A program made the translations under genes and the position numbers. A DNA stretch of 64,000 bases from Octopus bimaculoides (taxonomy: Eukaryota), in contig NC_068988.1 in NCBI RefSeq assembly GCF_001194135.2, forward strand, positions 30,125,001 to 30,189,000. The letters are read 5' to 3'. The notes below the pieces were generated by a model. That model made no database searches. It was not told where the DNA came from and saw only the letters and a program-made list of their open reading frames with translations. Shown here in pieces: positions 53,420-64,000 of this stretch (position 1 is its first letter; each line of letters opens with the position of its first letter).

Positions 53420-55356
53420 CATACACATACACACATACATGATGGGCTTCCACACAGTTTCCATTTATGAAATTCACTTACAAGGCATTGGTGATCCTCG
53501 GGTATCATAGAAGACACTTGTCCAAGGTGCCATGCATCAAGATTGAACCTAAGACCATTCAATTGCAAAGTAATGCCTGCACCTATATGTTGTACTTACA
53601 TGCACCACATATAGAAAAGGTCATGCTGCTACCAAGCAGTGCAGGTCACACTAATATCATAAAATTTAAGAAAATACTTAACGCATTTTCAATTGGTCTA
53701 TTCATCTTCGTTAGTTGCAGTCTTTACACAACAGCTCAATTAGTATAATTAATGCCCAGTTGTTAGTTGTCAAGTGCCTGGTTTTGTTTGTATTGCTTCT
53801 CCGAAAGAGCTTCTTAAATAATATACAAAAAAAATGCTGCTAAACAAACATGTCAGTATGTCTTGTAGATATTCAGCAAACATTATGAACAACAGTTTAA
53901 TTAGGATCTTACATGTAATATCAGTGTCGTTAAATTGGGTTGTCAGCTGGCGGATTGGTTTGCATCCTGGACGAAATGCTTTGTGGCATCTCTTCTAGCT
54001 TTCCTTTCTGAGTTTAAATGCTGTTGGGGTGGAACTTTGCCTTTCATCCTTTCTGGGTTGATAAAATAAGTTCAAACAATATAAGGACACAGATCGTGTC
54101 ATATAGCCAGCTGGAGATGATGTCTCCTGGGGCTAAATTACAGCAACATGCTATACTCTTTCTCTTTTACTCTTTTACTTGTTTCAGTCATTTGACTGTG
54201 GCCATGCTGGAGCACCACCTTCAGTCAAACAAATCGACCCCAGGACTTATTCTTTGGAAGCCTAGTACTTATTCTATCGGTCTCTTTTGCCGAACTGCTA
54301 AGTTACGGGGACGTAAACACACCAGCATCGGTTGCCAAGCGATGTTGGGGGGGGACAAACACAGACACACAAACACATACATACACACATGCATATATAT
54401 ATATATATATATATACGACGGGCTTCTTTCAGTTTCCGTCTACCAAATCCACTCACAAGGCTTTGGTCGGCCTGAGGCTATAGTAGAAGACACTTGCCCA
54501 AGGTGCCACGCAGTGGGACTGAACCCGGAACCATGTGGTTCGTAAGCAAGCTACTTACCACACAGCCACTCCCTTTTGGATTCCTTTTAATCACATTGCT
54601 GGTTAATTATTTATTCCTCCATCCATTTTCTCCACCCACTATCCCTGGAAGGATTGTAGGGATAGAGCCCTTAGGCCCCTCCTCCATAGGATCCCATCAG
54701 AAACAACCATTATTACACTTTCCCATTGAATTCCTTACCATGACCAACTGTGTCTATAGACATTATCCAACCATCTCATTCCTGGTCAACTCTTAAGTCT
54801 CCTGCTGATTGGCTCAGCTTGAGAAATTCATCTTAAGATACTTTCTTACGATATTCTTATGTCCATAACATACGATTAATTCATCAGCATTTATTAATTC
54901 ATAATTAATCAATTCTAGAAAAGGCACCACACAAAACATCATACTTCTACTAGTCTTCAATGATTAAAAAAAAAACTAACTCTATTCTGTGAAATAGATA
55001 TTTATTTTTGCACTAATCTCCTCGCCAGATCTCAAATATTCTACTATTCTCAGCTTCTCAGCTACACATGCTTTCGCTAATTTATGCACTAGCTTCAATA
55101 ATTATTGAAAATCCATGTCATTGTTTCTACATGAGGGTTCCTTGCTCTCCTTCTTTCTACTGCATAAAGAAATCCATCCCAGAATGTAAACCAACAGGCT
55201 TCATTTTTATTTCCATTTAGCCCAAAGCTTCAGTGATGTCCTTTTTATCTCTATTTAAGTAAAACCTGAAAGTTTGTGTTTCTTTATAGGTACACAGCAG
55301 AATACTTGCAACAGTGCATGTGCAGAAATCCTGGCTTTTTAAAATTATCGTTATTA

Positions 55357-55403
<47 letters not shown>

Positions 55404-56099
55404 GGTATTATTATTATTGAGAGTAGTGCATGCCATCAAAGTGACACTGGGGTAAAATATACGAAGCCCATTATACGCATCATGACTACCCGTCTGATAA
55501 GGGTACACCAGGCACATGCATCACAACCATATGTGCGCAACATGGTGATCTCATATCAAAATAAACAGCGCATGACCTCGCAGGTGGGGCCCAGTTAGAA
55601 TTTATGAGATAACACCAGATTAACTCAAAATGATGTGAATTAATAAGGATTATATTTGACAGAGTAATCTGAATGCGAAAGAGTTAAACTTCTTTCTTCA
55701 TCACAAGACTCACAGCCCTTAGTCTCCATCCATGAACCTATTCCAGTTGCCACTTAACTCCTCAGTTTGTGTTGTTCATTAGCACTGTTCTGCCCTTCTT
55801 TCATTTTTTACTTGTTTCAGTCATTGGACTGTGGCCATGCTGGGGCACCACTTTGAAAAGTTTTAGTAAAACATTGACTAGCACCAGCCACTTTAACAAA
55901 TGTACTGGTTGCTTTTTCTATGGCACCAGCATCAGTTAGGTTGCCAAGATAGTTCTATAACAATTTGCCTGTGTCACAGTGTTACTTAAGTGTGTCATAT
56001 TATACTATTAAGTGTATTTTATTAGATCTATCTTGCATATTATTGTCATGCATATATTTTTAAGTGCATCATATTTTCTATTATTAAATGCATCATACA

Positions 56100-56138
<39 letters not shown>

Positions 56139-56357
56139 GTGTATCATATCATACATACTACGAAGTGTGTCATATGCATTATTAAGTGTATTGTATGTAT
56201 TATTGCTACATGTATCATATATATTATTAAGTCTATCATGTACATACCATTTCGATATCATCAACATTATATGCTTTCTGTTGCCTGAATGATTACTTCA
56301 TCTAAAATCTACTGCTTCCAGTCTGCTTGCAGATCAATTCTATACTGTTCATAAATC

Positions 56358-56396
<39 letters not shown>

Positions 56397-59300
56397 TTTA
56401 TATATATATTTGTGTGTGTGTATGTATAGTCATCTAAGAATGCATAAGTCAGAAAAATGTGTACAGTATTATAGACCCATTCCAGCTGATCTCAAACTAT
56501 CAGTTTCACACTGGGTATTGGATAACTGGATATCATCTCTGAAGAGCAGGTGGTGTTACTTCAACTGCACCATTATCAAATATCTGGCAATCTAATACCC
56601 TGTACAAAATGGATCTATAATATTATATACCTTGATTAATATATATATATGTATGTATGTAGTAATAAAAGCTTTGCTCTTGGGGCATGAGCCTTTTCTG
56701 AGACGACTTCAGTCTGCTACAGCATTGTCAGAAATGTCATTAACCAAGAACTTGCACCTGTTGCTATGTTGTCCTGTTGTTTTCTTGGAGCTAGAAGTTC
56801 TCTTCAGAGCTTATATCAGATTCTTCAATCTTTTTCTTTTTAACTCTCTCCCTAATCTTGTCTGGTGCTTGACTTAATGTATTCTAACTTATAATATAGC
56901 CTTTTGCTAAAGACTATAGTATGCTCTTAATTGCTTAATAAACTAATTAACAAAGCAGAAGTGAAAAAGTATAAAGCATATATTATTTACCTCATTACTC
57001 ATCCTCTTTTAATTTTTTTTTTTTTTTTTTTTGGATGGGTGGTTATTCCATTTGAAAAGCTTTTGATTCTATTAGTCAGTAAGTCAGAGTTATATTGATG
57101 AGATTGGTGAGCTGGCGGAATCATTAACACGCCAGACAAAATGCTTTGCAGCATTTCGTCCATCTGTATATTCCGAGTTCAAATTTTGCCAGGGTCAACT
57201 TTGCCTTTCCTCTTTTCAGGGTCGATAAAATAAGTACTACTTGAGCACTGGGAGTCGATGTAATCAACTTACCCCTTCTGCAGAACTTACTGGCCTTGTA
57301 CCAAAATTTCAAACCAATATTGAGGTTAATTTCGTTCAAATTAGAAATGAAAATGTATAAAAATAAGAAAAGAAAACCAAAGCAAAATAAAGTAAAATTA
57401 TGTTTGTCAGTTCTTCAGCTCTTCTCTTCTCCATTTTGTTTTCCAGTTGCTACTGAGAGTCCTGAAATTGTATTCCGTTTTGATCGACTGCTTCTCCCTC
57501 GTGTCAACATGGTTGGTTACCCTGATCTCGTTAGCAGTGACGAGGGCAATGTCATTCGACTAAATGGCCGGGACCAATATATCGATCTGGGCAATGATAT
57601 AACCTGCGGCGGGGACTTAGAAAACTGTGTTGATGGCCATGTGATGCGATTGTATGTGAAAGCTGATAAACTTATTGACAACACATATTTCCTTGACAGC
57701 TACCCTACATCAGTTTACTATAAAGACGGCCAACTCCATGCTGAAATGAGAACAGCGACTCAGACCTGGCATGTAAACACTACAGAGTTTGAAGCCGGAA
57801 CATGGCAATATATTGAACTTGATTGGTACCCAGATGTTGGTCTGAGACTGTTCTTGAACCGGAGAGAGGTTGCACATGATACTATTCCCTACTTGCACCA
57901 GAAACGGCCTACTTCATCAAAAACATACATTGGTCGTTCTCTAAAAGACAGCCTTAACAGTTATTATTTCAATGGTTTTGTGAAACAGATGGAACTTTGG
58001 CGAAGAAACCGAAACTATCATAAACCTAAGCGTAAGTACATAATATAAGTTACATAGTTATGTTTTAGTAATAGCTTGGAAAAATTTTTCACTGACTGAA
58101 AGAAAAATGGATTGATAAATTTTAAAATATTGCGGAATTTCAAGATTGTACGAGGGTGAGTCAAAAAAAGTAATGCCATTTTGTTTAGGACAGGTATAAT
58201 TACCAACTCAGGAACATGTATCATACATCAAAATGAAGTTGGTCCTCTGTGGATCACATCCCTACTTCTCAACATAGTCACCGTTTCTCTCAATAGCAAT
58301 GTTCCACCTTTGAATGAGAGCATATATCCCTGCCCCATAAAATTCTGTCGACTGTTCATTGAGCCACTTCTTCACTACAGTTTTCATTTCCTTGTCACTG
58401 GGCTGCGAAGTTCTGGAAACTTTAGATATGGATTTAGGAACTCTGCTATTCTAAACCAACTGTAAAAAGCTAATACGAAAAACTTGAATGTAGTTGTGTA
58501 TTTAATGAAACATTCCATAAAAGAAAAACTGCTCCCCATATATATATAGATATGTGACTATATATACATCTATATATTTACAGATGTATATGTGTGCAAA
58601 AATATATATCATATATGCATCATATAAATATGCATAGATATAGCTGTGTATATTAAAATCATTTTCTTTTTTTTTTCCATTTCAGCTGAACAGACTATCA
58701 CTCTAAGTGGAAACAGTTACTATGGTTTCAACATTTCTATCCGGAATAATACTCACCATGTTTCTCCAAATAAGGAACAATTCAAATTAAAATTCAAGAA
58801 TGATCTTTCTCAAAGGGAAGGTCTTTTATGGTATGCCCTTGACAGCTCACGTAAAATATTTTTGTACATCAAAGTGAGTACTTTTTCTGAGGTTATGCTA
58901 CTAGAAACGTCAAACGAATAACTTTCTTAACACTCAACTTACCATAGGAGTCACCAGTGACTCCCCATGCTATATTTTTAATATACCATGGGAGTCACCA
59001 GTGACTTCTCATTATATTCTTAATACATCATGGGAGTCATAAATGATTTTCCACACTATATTTTTGATAAACTATAAGAGTCACCAGTGTTATATTCTTA
59101 ATATACCATAGGAGTCATAAGTGACTCTCCACACTGTTTTTGATATACCATGGGAGTCGCCAGTGACATCCCATGCTGTATTCATTTTATACCATGGGAG
59201 TCACCAGTGACTCCCAATGGTGAGTCCTTTCTCTGTAGAACCTCACATTACTGTAGTTCGAACTACATTATTTGAAATTTAGGAAATGTACAGAGCACAT

Positions 59301-61048
59301 TTATTTGTCTTTCTCAGATGGATTTTGAATTTGAATCAATTAGAAGCTGAAATAGGACAGTAAAAAGGATGCAGGCCACTACAAAATAATTTTTTTGAAA
59401 AAGAAGCTATTCAGGCTTATATATATAATCTGTTTTAAAAAAATGAAACCAAATGAAAATACCATGTTCCAGGGCCCACACAGAGCATATTCTTCAATAA
59501 TTTTATCAGTTTTCTTGTGTCTTGGGTGGGTCATTGTGTCAATAATAATCATACACACTGGATCTGTTTCACTTTAAATAAGTTAAATTGATTGTCACTT
59601 GATTAATTATTTAACCAATTAACTATGAGTTATTTGATTAATTGTTCAATCAATCAATCAGCTAAGTCTGTCATTGTCCGTTCATTACCATTCACTATTG
59701 ATTGGTCTGATTGAATGATTAATCAAATAATCAATTAGTTAATTGGTTTAAGCAATTGACAAATAAAAAAATAAACAGGTGACAGAGAACCAGTACATGT
59801 ACTATTATTGGCATAAAGACCCACCCAGAGATAAAACAAAACATGTTTCATTACAAAAATCCACATCAAAAGTTTTGCAAACAAAATACAGAAACGAACA
59901 AATTTTATCAGTGTTTTGTGAATTGTTTTGTAATAAAATCTCTTTGGGTCTATTGTAGGATGGTGACCTTTTCCTGATTATCATTGGGGTCGATGGTCAG
60001 AAATACAGATGGAAGATGAAGAAGCCAAGTAATGTCACATTTAATGATGGCAAAATGCACAATGTCCTCTTACGAAGAGATGGCCACGAGGTGAGATTGT
60101 TTATGTCTTTGTAGGTCTTATCTTCTCTTTTCTTCCATTTCTGCTATATTCTTGCACACACTTGCACATATTTAACATTTAAATGTTAAATATATGCAAG
60201 TGTGTGCAGGATATATAATAACACATGTTACAATTGATGTGTTGTTTAGTAAAAGAGTGTCATAAGCCCCACCCCAGCCATTTTCAAGGTTAGTTTATCA
60301 TTTTCTTTGTCTCGACGTCTAGAATCCGAAACAGTTGGGAGGAGGAACCGCCAGTGTGGCTTGGAATAAAGTCGAAAATCCGGCTGAAAATAATTATACC
60401 TCGACGCTATTGACATGACGCTCGCTCACTCAAACTCAGAGCAGAGAGTTTAGTAACACACCATCGTAAGCACCCACACTCAATAACTTTGGTGTGGTCT
60501 TTGTATCAGTTTCCAATGGGCTATTAAAAAATAATCTACAAATCTGATCCAATTTGTCTGTTTGTTGATCAGAAGTTTTCTCCATTTTCTGATTATTTAA
60601 ACATATATATATATATATATATACATATATATAACTCATACTCCATACCTCCCCTCAAAAGAAAAATGATTATCTAAGTTACATGAGCTCTATATTAACC
60701 TTGAAGAAGTCCTACCATCATATAGTTAGAATGTGGTAATTTTTTGTAGCATTAAGCCAAATGCTTCGAAATTCCCTATCAACTAGATGATAGGACTGAA
60801 ACATACATGTAGGATATTGTTTTCTTTTTTTATTTTAATTCATTTTTCTTTGAGCTCTCAACTTTTTTTTCAAAATGTCATCTTTTTGTAACATACAAAT
60901 AAATTATTAATTACATCTACTTATTCTCCATTTTCTTCTTGTTTTCCCCCTATATATATAACACTTTTTCAATTCCCGAGCGTTATACTAATACATCTGT
61001 TTGTTTTCTACACCAGCTGTCTTCGTCTGTTGTTTTTTTGTGAATTCT

Positions 61049-61104
<56 letters not shown>

Positions 61105-61371
61105 ATGTATGTATATACATATCTATATATATATATATATATATACACCTCAAAACATTAATTTTTAAAACTTTTCTTCGTCTTTTCTTCTTCACAGGTT
61201 TACTGGAGTGTTGATGACATCTACAGACAAGCTTTCAGTCTGCCAATTTCCATCAGTCTGTTACGACCCAAGGACTACATCTTCATTGGTGGAACCCCTG
61301 ACAACATTGACTACACCTCGTCAGAGGTTGACAAAAACTTCAAGGGCATTACAGGCAATGTAAGCTGCAAG

Positions 61372-61438
<67 letters not shown>

Positions 61439-63053
61439 TCATCATCATCATCATCAGGCAGTGAGCTTGCAGACTCATTGGCACGCTGGGCAAAATGCTT
61501 AGTGGTAGTCTGTCTGTCATTATGCTCTGAGTTCAAATTCCACCAAGGTCGACTTTGCCTTTTATCCTTTCAGGGTCGATTAAATAAGTACCAGTTACAC
61601 ACTGGGGTCAATACAATCGACTTAATCCGTTTGTCTGTCCTTGTTTAGCCCCTTGTGGGAAATAAAGAAATAAGAAACTTTAGCACACCGGGTGAAATGC
61701 CTAGCGGTATTTCCCAAGGTGTTGTACAGTGGGACTGAACCCAAAACCACATTGTGACAAACTGAGCTTCTTAACCACACAGCCATACCTGTGCCTATCA
61801 TAATCATTATAGCTGCTGCTGCCACTACTACTACTACTAACCCCACAACAGTCACTGATTCAACCAGTTTTTTTAATCTTTTTTTTTAGCTGATCTACAC
61901 ATCCGGCCGATATGTTTTGGATATTCTGAATATGAACCCACAGATTATCCACGGAGTCCATCCACCAACGACCCACACACCCATAGACATCACTCCTTCA
62001 CAGAAGCCACCCAATACGTTCTCGCCAATAACGTTTGTGCGTCATCAGAGCTATGTGGAGACCGATGCTTGGGACATCTCCCAAGGCGGGCAACTCAAGT
62101 TCAAGTTCTACACCAATGACCCTGAAGGCTTGATGTTCTACAACGGTGACCCCCGCTACTACGCGGCTGTTGAAATATCTGAAGGAAAACTCTACTTTGT
62201 CTATAACTTTGGCGATGGCAGCAAACGAATTAGTTTCTTTGATGATATTGTCAATGATCGACAAGCCCACGAAGCCACCGTTACAATAAACCCTTTGAAG
62301 ACGTTTCTGAAGTTGGAATTGGATAACAAGAAGAAGAGTGTTCGTCTGCAACTCAACGAAAGACAAAATCGACCGCTGCCAGGTCCTATGTATGTTGGTT
62401 GGGTACCAAATGCTAACAGACTGCCATGGGACCTTTGGGCTAAGAAAGGATACCAAGGTTGTTTGCTGAATGTGCAGGTGAGTTCACATATCTCTCCTCT
62501 TATCATCATCATCATCATCATCATTGTCACTATCATCATCTTTTATCATTTCTTTTGTCATCTATATCATCATCATCATCGTCGTCTTCATTACCATCAT
62601 CATCATCATCATCATCAGCATTTATTATCATCGTTATTGTTATGATGATGATCATCAACATTATTGTTATCGTCATTCATTGTCATTGTCCTCATCATCG
62701 TCACCATCATCATCGTCACCATCATCTTTATCATTTCCGTTGTCATCTATATCATCTTCATTGTCATCATCATCATCCTCATTATCGTCATCACTTCCAT
62801 CACTTAATTACCATTTTCTTTTACATTTAATGAACATTTTCTTTTTCTCTCTTTTAGATGAACCATATCAGAACCAACCTTCTCAGTAATGTGGGAAGAT
62901 TCCAGCTCGGTCGCGCCATCGATGCACGTTGCTACCCTATTGTACCCCAGTGTGACAGCACAACATGTAAAAATGGCAACTGCATTGACTACTGGAATGG
63001 TTATAGTTGTGACTGTACCAACGAACCTTTCACTGGCCCCAATTGTGGTCAAG
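51832..63053 (+). CDS. Partial multi-exon gene (7 exons, 2469 nt, ~823 codons, 5' and 3' ends not seen): LamG_3/ConA-like x2 - LNS - LNS - EGF; neurexin/CASPR-superfamily-like extracellular protein
   Basis: Exons 51832-52449, 57447-58031, 58686-58873, 59959-60090, 61198-61359, 61890-62477 and 62858-63053 each have a polypyrimidine-AG acceptor and a GT donor. Phases match throughout (1,1,1,0,0,0,0,1) and the spliced frame has no stop. Confidence 0.9.
52817..53560. mobile_element. Nested family 1 SINEs: (-) 3' half 52817-53020, (+) 3' half 53180-53386, (-) 5' half 53440-53560
   Basis: Family signatures occur in both orientations, separated by microsatellites. Confidence 0.75.
54154..54571 (-). 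mobile_element. SINE family 1, full length
   Basis: Both halves are intact and closely match 18-412. Confidence 0.85.
57106..57325 (+). mobile_element. SINE family 2, just upstream of exon B
   Basis: Collinear with 43082-43296. Confidence 0.8.
57447..58031 (+). CDS. Exon B (585 nt, phase 1-1): second ConA-like/LamG_3 domain
   Basis: Acceptor ttttccag|TT, donor AAGC|gtaagt. Encodes [24 protein letters not shown]...[19 protein letters not shown]...TYIG...VKQMELW, which is collinear with exon A. Confidence 0.9.
58151..58391 (-). mobile_element. Mariner (Tc1/mariner) 3' remnant: TIR and transposase C-terminus
   Basis: TA|CGAGGGTGAGTCAAAA end. The minus strand reads [42 protein letters not shown]. 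Confidence 0.85.
58686..58873 (+). CDS. Exon C (188 nt, phase 1-0): start of LNS (laminin G) domain
   Basis: Acceptor ttttttccatttcag|CT, donor AAA|gtgagt. Encodes [12 protein letters not shown]...FKLKFK...GLLWY...IFLYIK. Confidence 0.88.
58940..59227. repeat. Intronic minisatellite, ~7 units of ~40 bp, each with a self-complementary core
   Basis: Unit approximately ATACCATGGGAGTCACCAGTGACTCCCCATGCTATATTTTTA; GGGAGTCAC pairs with GTGACTCCC. Confidence 0.9.
59959..60090 (+). CDS. Exon D (132 nt, phase 0-0), not in the ORF track
   Basis: Acceptor ctattgtag|GAT, donor GAG|gtgaga. Encodes [44 protein letters not shown], with the LNS FND..H.V...R motif. Confidence 0.88.
60153..60208. repeat. Intronic spacerless palindrome, 28+28 bp, 1 mismatch
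   Basis: tgcacacacttgcacatatttaacattt|aaatgttaaatatatgcaagtgtgtgca. Confidence 0.9.
61198..61359 (+). CDS. Exon E (162 nt, phase 0-0), not in the ORF track
   Basis: Acceptor ttcttcttcacag|GTT, donor AAT|gtaagc. Encodes VYWSVDD...DYIFIGGTP...NFKGITGN (LNS IGG motif). Confidence 0.88.
61457..61677 (+). mobile_element. SINE family 2, long-tail variant; same tail on (-) at 32165-32285
   Basis: Family 2 body followed by cttaatccgtttgtctgtccttgttt...ccccttgtggg.aataaagaaata. Confidence 0.75.
61890..62477 (+). CDS. Exon F (588 nt, phase 0-0): Pro/Thr linker and second LNS domain
   Basis: Acceptor ttttttttag|CTG, donor CAG|gtgagt. Encodes [11 protein letters not shown]...W...[18 protein letters not shown]...[18 protein letters not shown]...MYVGW...GYQGCL. 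Confidence 0.92.
62500..62805. repeat. Degenerate (CAT)n filling the intron between exons F and G
   Basis: Read directly. Confidence 0.9.
62858..63053 (+). CDS. Exon G (196 nt, phase 0-1): end of LNS and EGF-like domain
   Basis: Acceptor ctcttttag|ATG, donor CAAG|gtatcc. Six-cysteine EGF: [32 protein letters not shown]. Confidence 0.92.
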
Positions 63054-63129
63054 GTATCCAGAATTTACTTCATTTGGTCAACTTCAATGTGTCCCATTTC
63101 ATTACACAAATACGGGACATTTACATTTT

Positions 63130-63345
63130 TATCTTTTATTTGTTTCAGTCATTAGACTGCTGCCAAGCTGGAGCACTGCCTTGGAGAATTGTTTCAGTTA
63201 AATGAATCAACCCCAATACTTAATATTTTTTTAAAGCCTAGTATTAATTCTATTGGTTTCTTTTGTCGAACCACTACGTTATGGGGATATAAGCACACCA
63301 GCAGCAATTGTCAGGCAGTGGTGGGGAACAAACACAGACACAAAA
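63130..63345 (-). mobile_element. SINE family 1, 3' half
   Basis: cttttatttgtttcagtcattagactgc...aagcacaccagc. Confidence 0.65.
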
Positions 63346-63372
63346 ATGCACAAACATAAATGTATACATATC

Positions 63373-64000
63373 AGTATGCTCCGTTGGATGTGTAATGTCA
63401 ATGTGAATACCCGTCAGAGTGTAAGTATCTTGAGAGAAAAGCTGAACATTAGAAGCATCAGTTGTGGTGTGCAAGAGAGACGATTGCGCTGGTATGGACA
63501 TGTGGTGAGAATGGATGAGGATAGCTGCGTGAAAAAGTGCCACACTCTAANNNNNNNNNNNNNNNNNNNNNNNNNNNNNNNNNNNNNNNNNNNNNNNNNN
63601 NNNNNNNNNNNNNNNNNNNNNNNNNNNNNNNNNNNNNNNNNNNNNNCTTTGGAAATGTGCTGTGCGTGAGAAGACCCGGCAAGCCAAGTAAGATCGTTGC
63701 CAGTGCCCCTGGACTGGCTCTTGTGCGGGTGGCACATAAGATGCACCATTTTGAGCATGGCCGTTGCCAGTACCGCCTGACTGGCCTCCAAGGGATTTTC
63801 GAGCGAGATCGTTGCCAGTGCCCCTGGACTGGCTTGTGCGAGTGGCACATAAAAGACACTATTTCGAGCGTGGCCATTGCCAGTATCGCCTGACTGGCCT
63901 TCATGCAGGTGACACGTAAAAGCACCTACTACACTCTCTGAGTGGTTAGCATTAGGAAGGGCATCCAGCTGTAGAAACTCTGCCAAATTTAGATTGGAGC
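63373..64000 (+). mobile_element. RTE-clade LINE 3' part (ORF C-terminus and repeat-containing 3' UTR), in the intron after exon G
   Basis: Encodes SMLRWMC...LREKL...QERRLRWYGHVVRMDEDSCVKKC, followed by the 3' UTR found in many copies in this window. Interrupted by a gap. Confidence 0.85.

Noticed and set aside
58940-59227. CRISPR-like palindromic repeats
   Set aside because: Eukaryotic intron, the inter-repeat sequence is itself repeated, and there are no cas genes.
62478-62645. Poly-Ile/His extension of ORF 61917-62645
   Set aside because: Read-through past the exon F donor into an intronic (CAT)n repeat.

Overview
This is AT-rich, microsatellite-dense animal genomic DNA with 14 assembly gaps. 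The SINE, RTE and MITE families look like octopus, which is an inference from repeat sequence only. Bases 1-51.8 kb are almost entirely repeats, and nearly every ORF in the supplied track there is a microsatellite or gap artefact. From 51,832 on the + strand, seven GT-AG exons splice in frame into about 823 codons, open at both ends. They encode a secreted or cell-surface protein with two single-exon ConA-like/LamG_3 domains followed by a neurexin-alpha-like LNS-LNS-EGF cassette. The main non-coding signals are: (1) a ~2.9 kb head-to-head palindrome of a Penelope-like retroelement 3' end, carrying a GIY-YIG endonuclease fragment and a structurally complete minimal type I hammerhead ribozyme at 5898-5979; (2) a second ~480 bp palindrome next to a degenerate U3-A8 hammerhead-like motif; (3) a 594 bp MITE with an 8 bp TSD whose centre is an inverted (CCCTAA)n/(TTAGGG)n telomere-repeat junction; (4) several intronic hairpins and a hairpin-unit minisatellite. 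SINE and LINE fragment coordinates are approximate; exon boundaries and TSDs were counted by hand.
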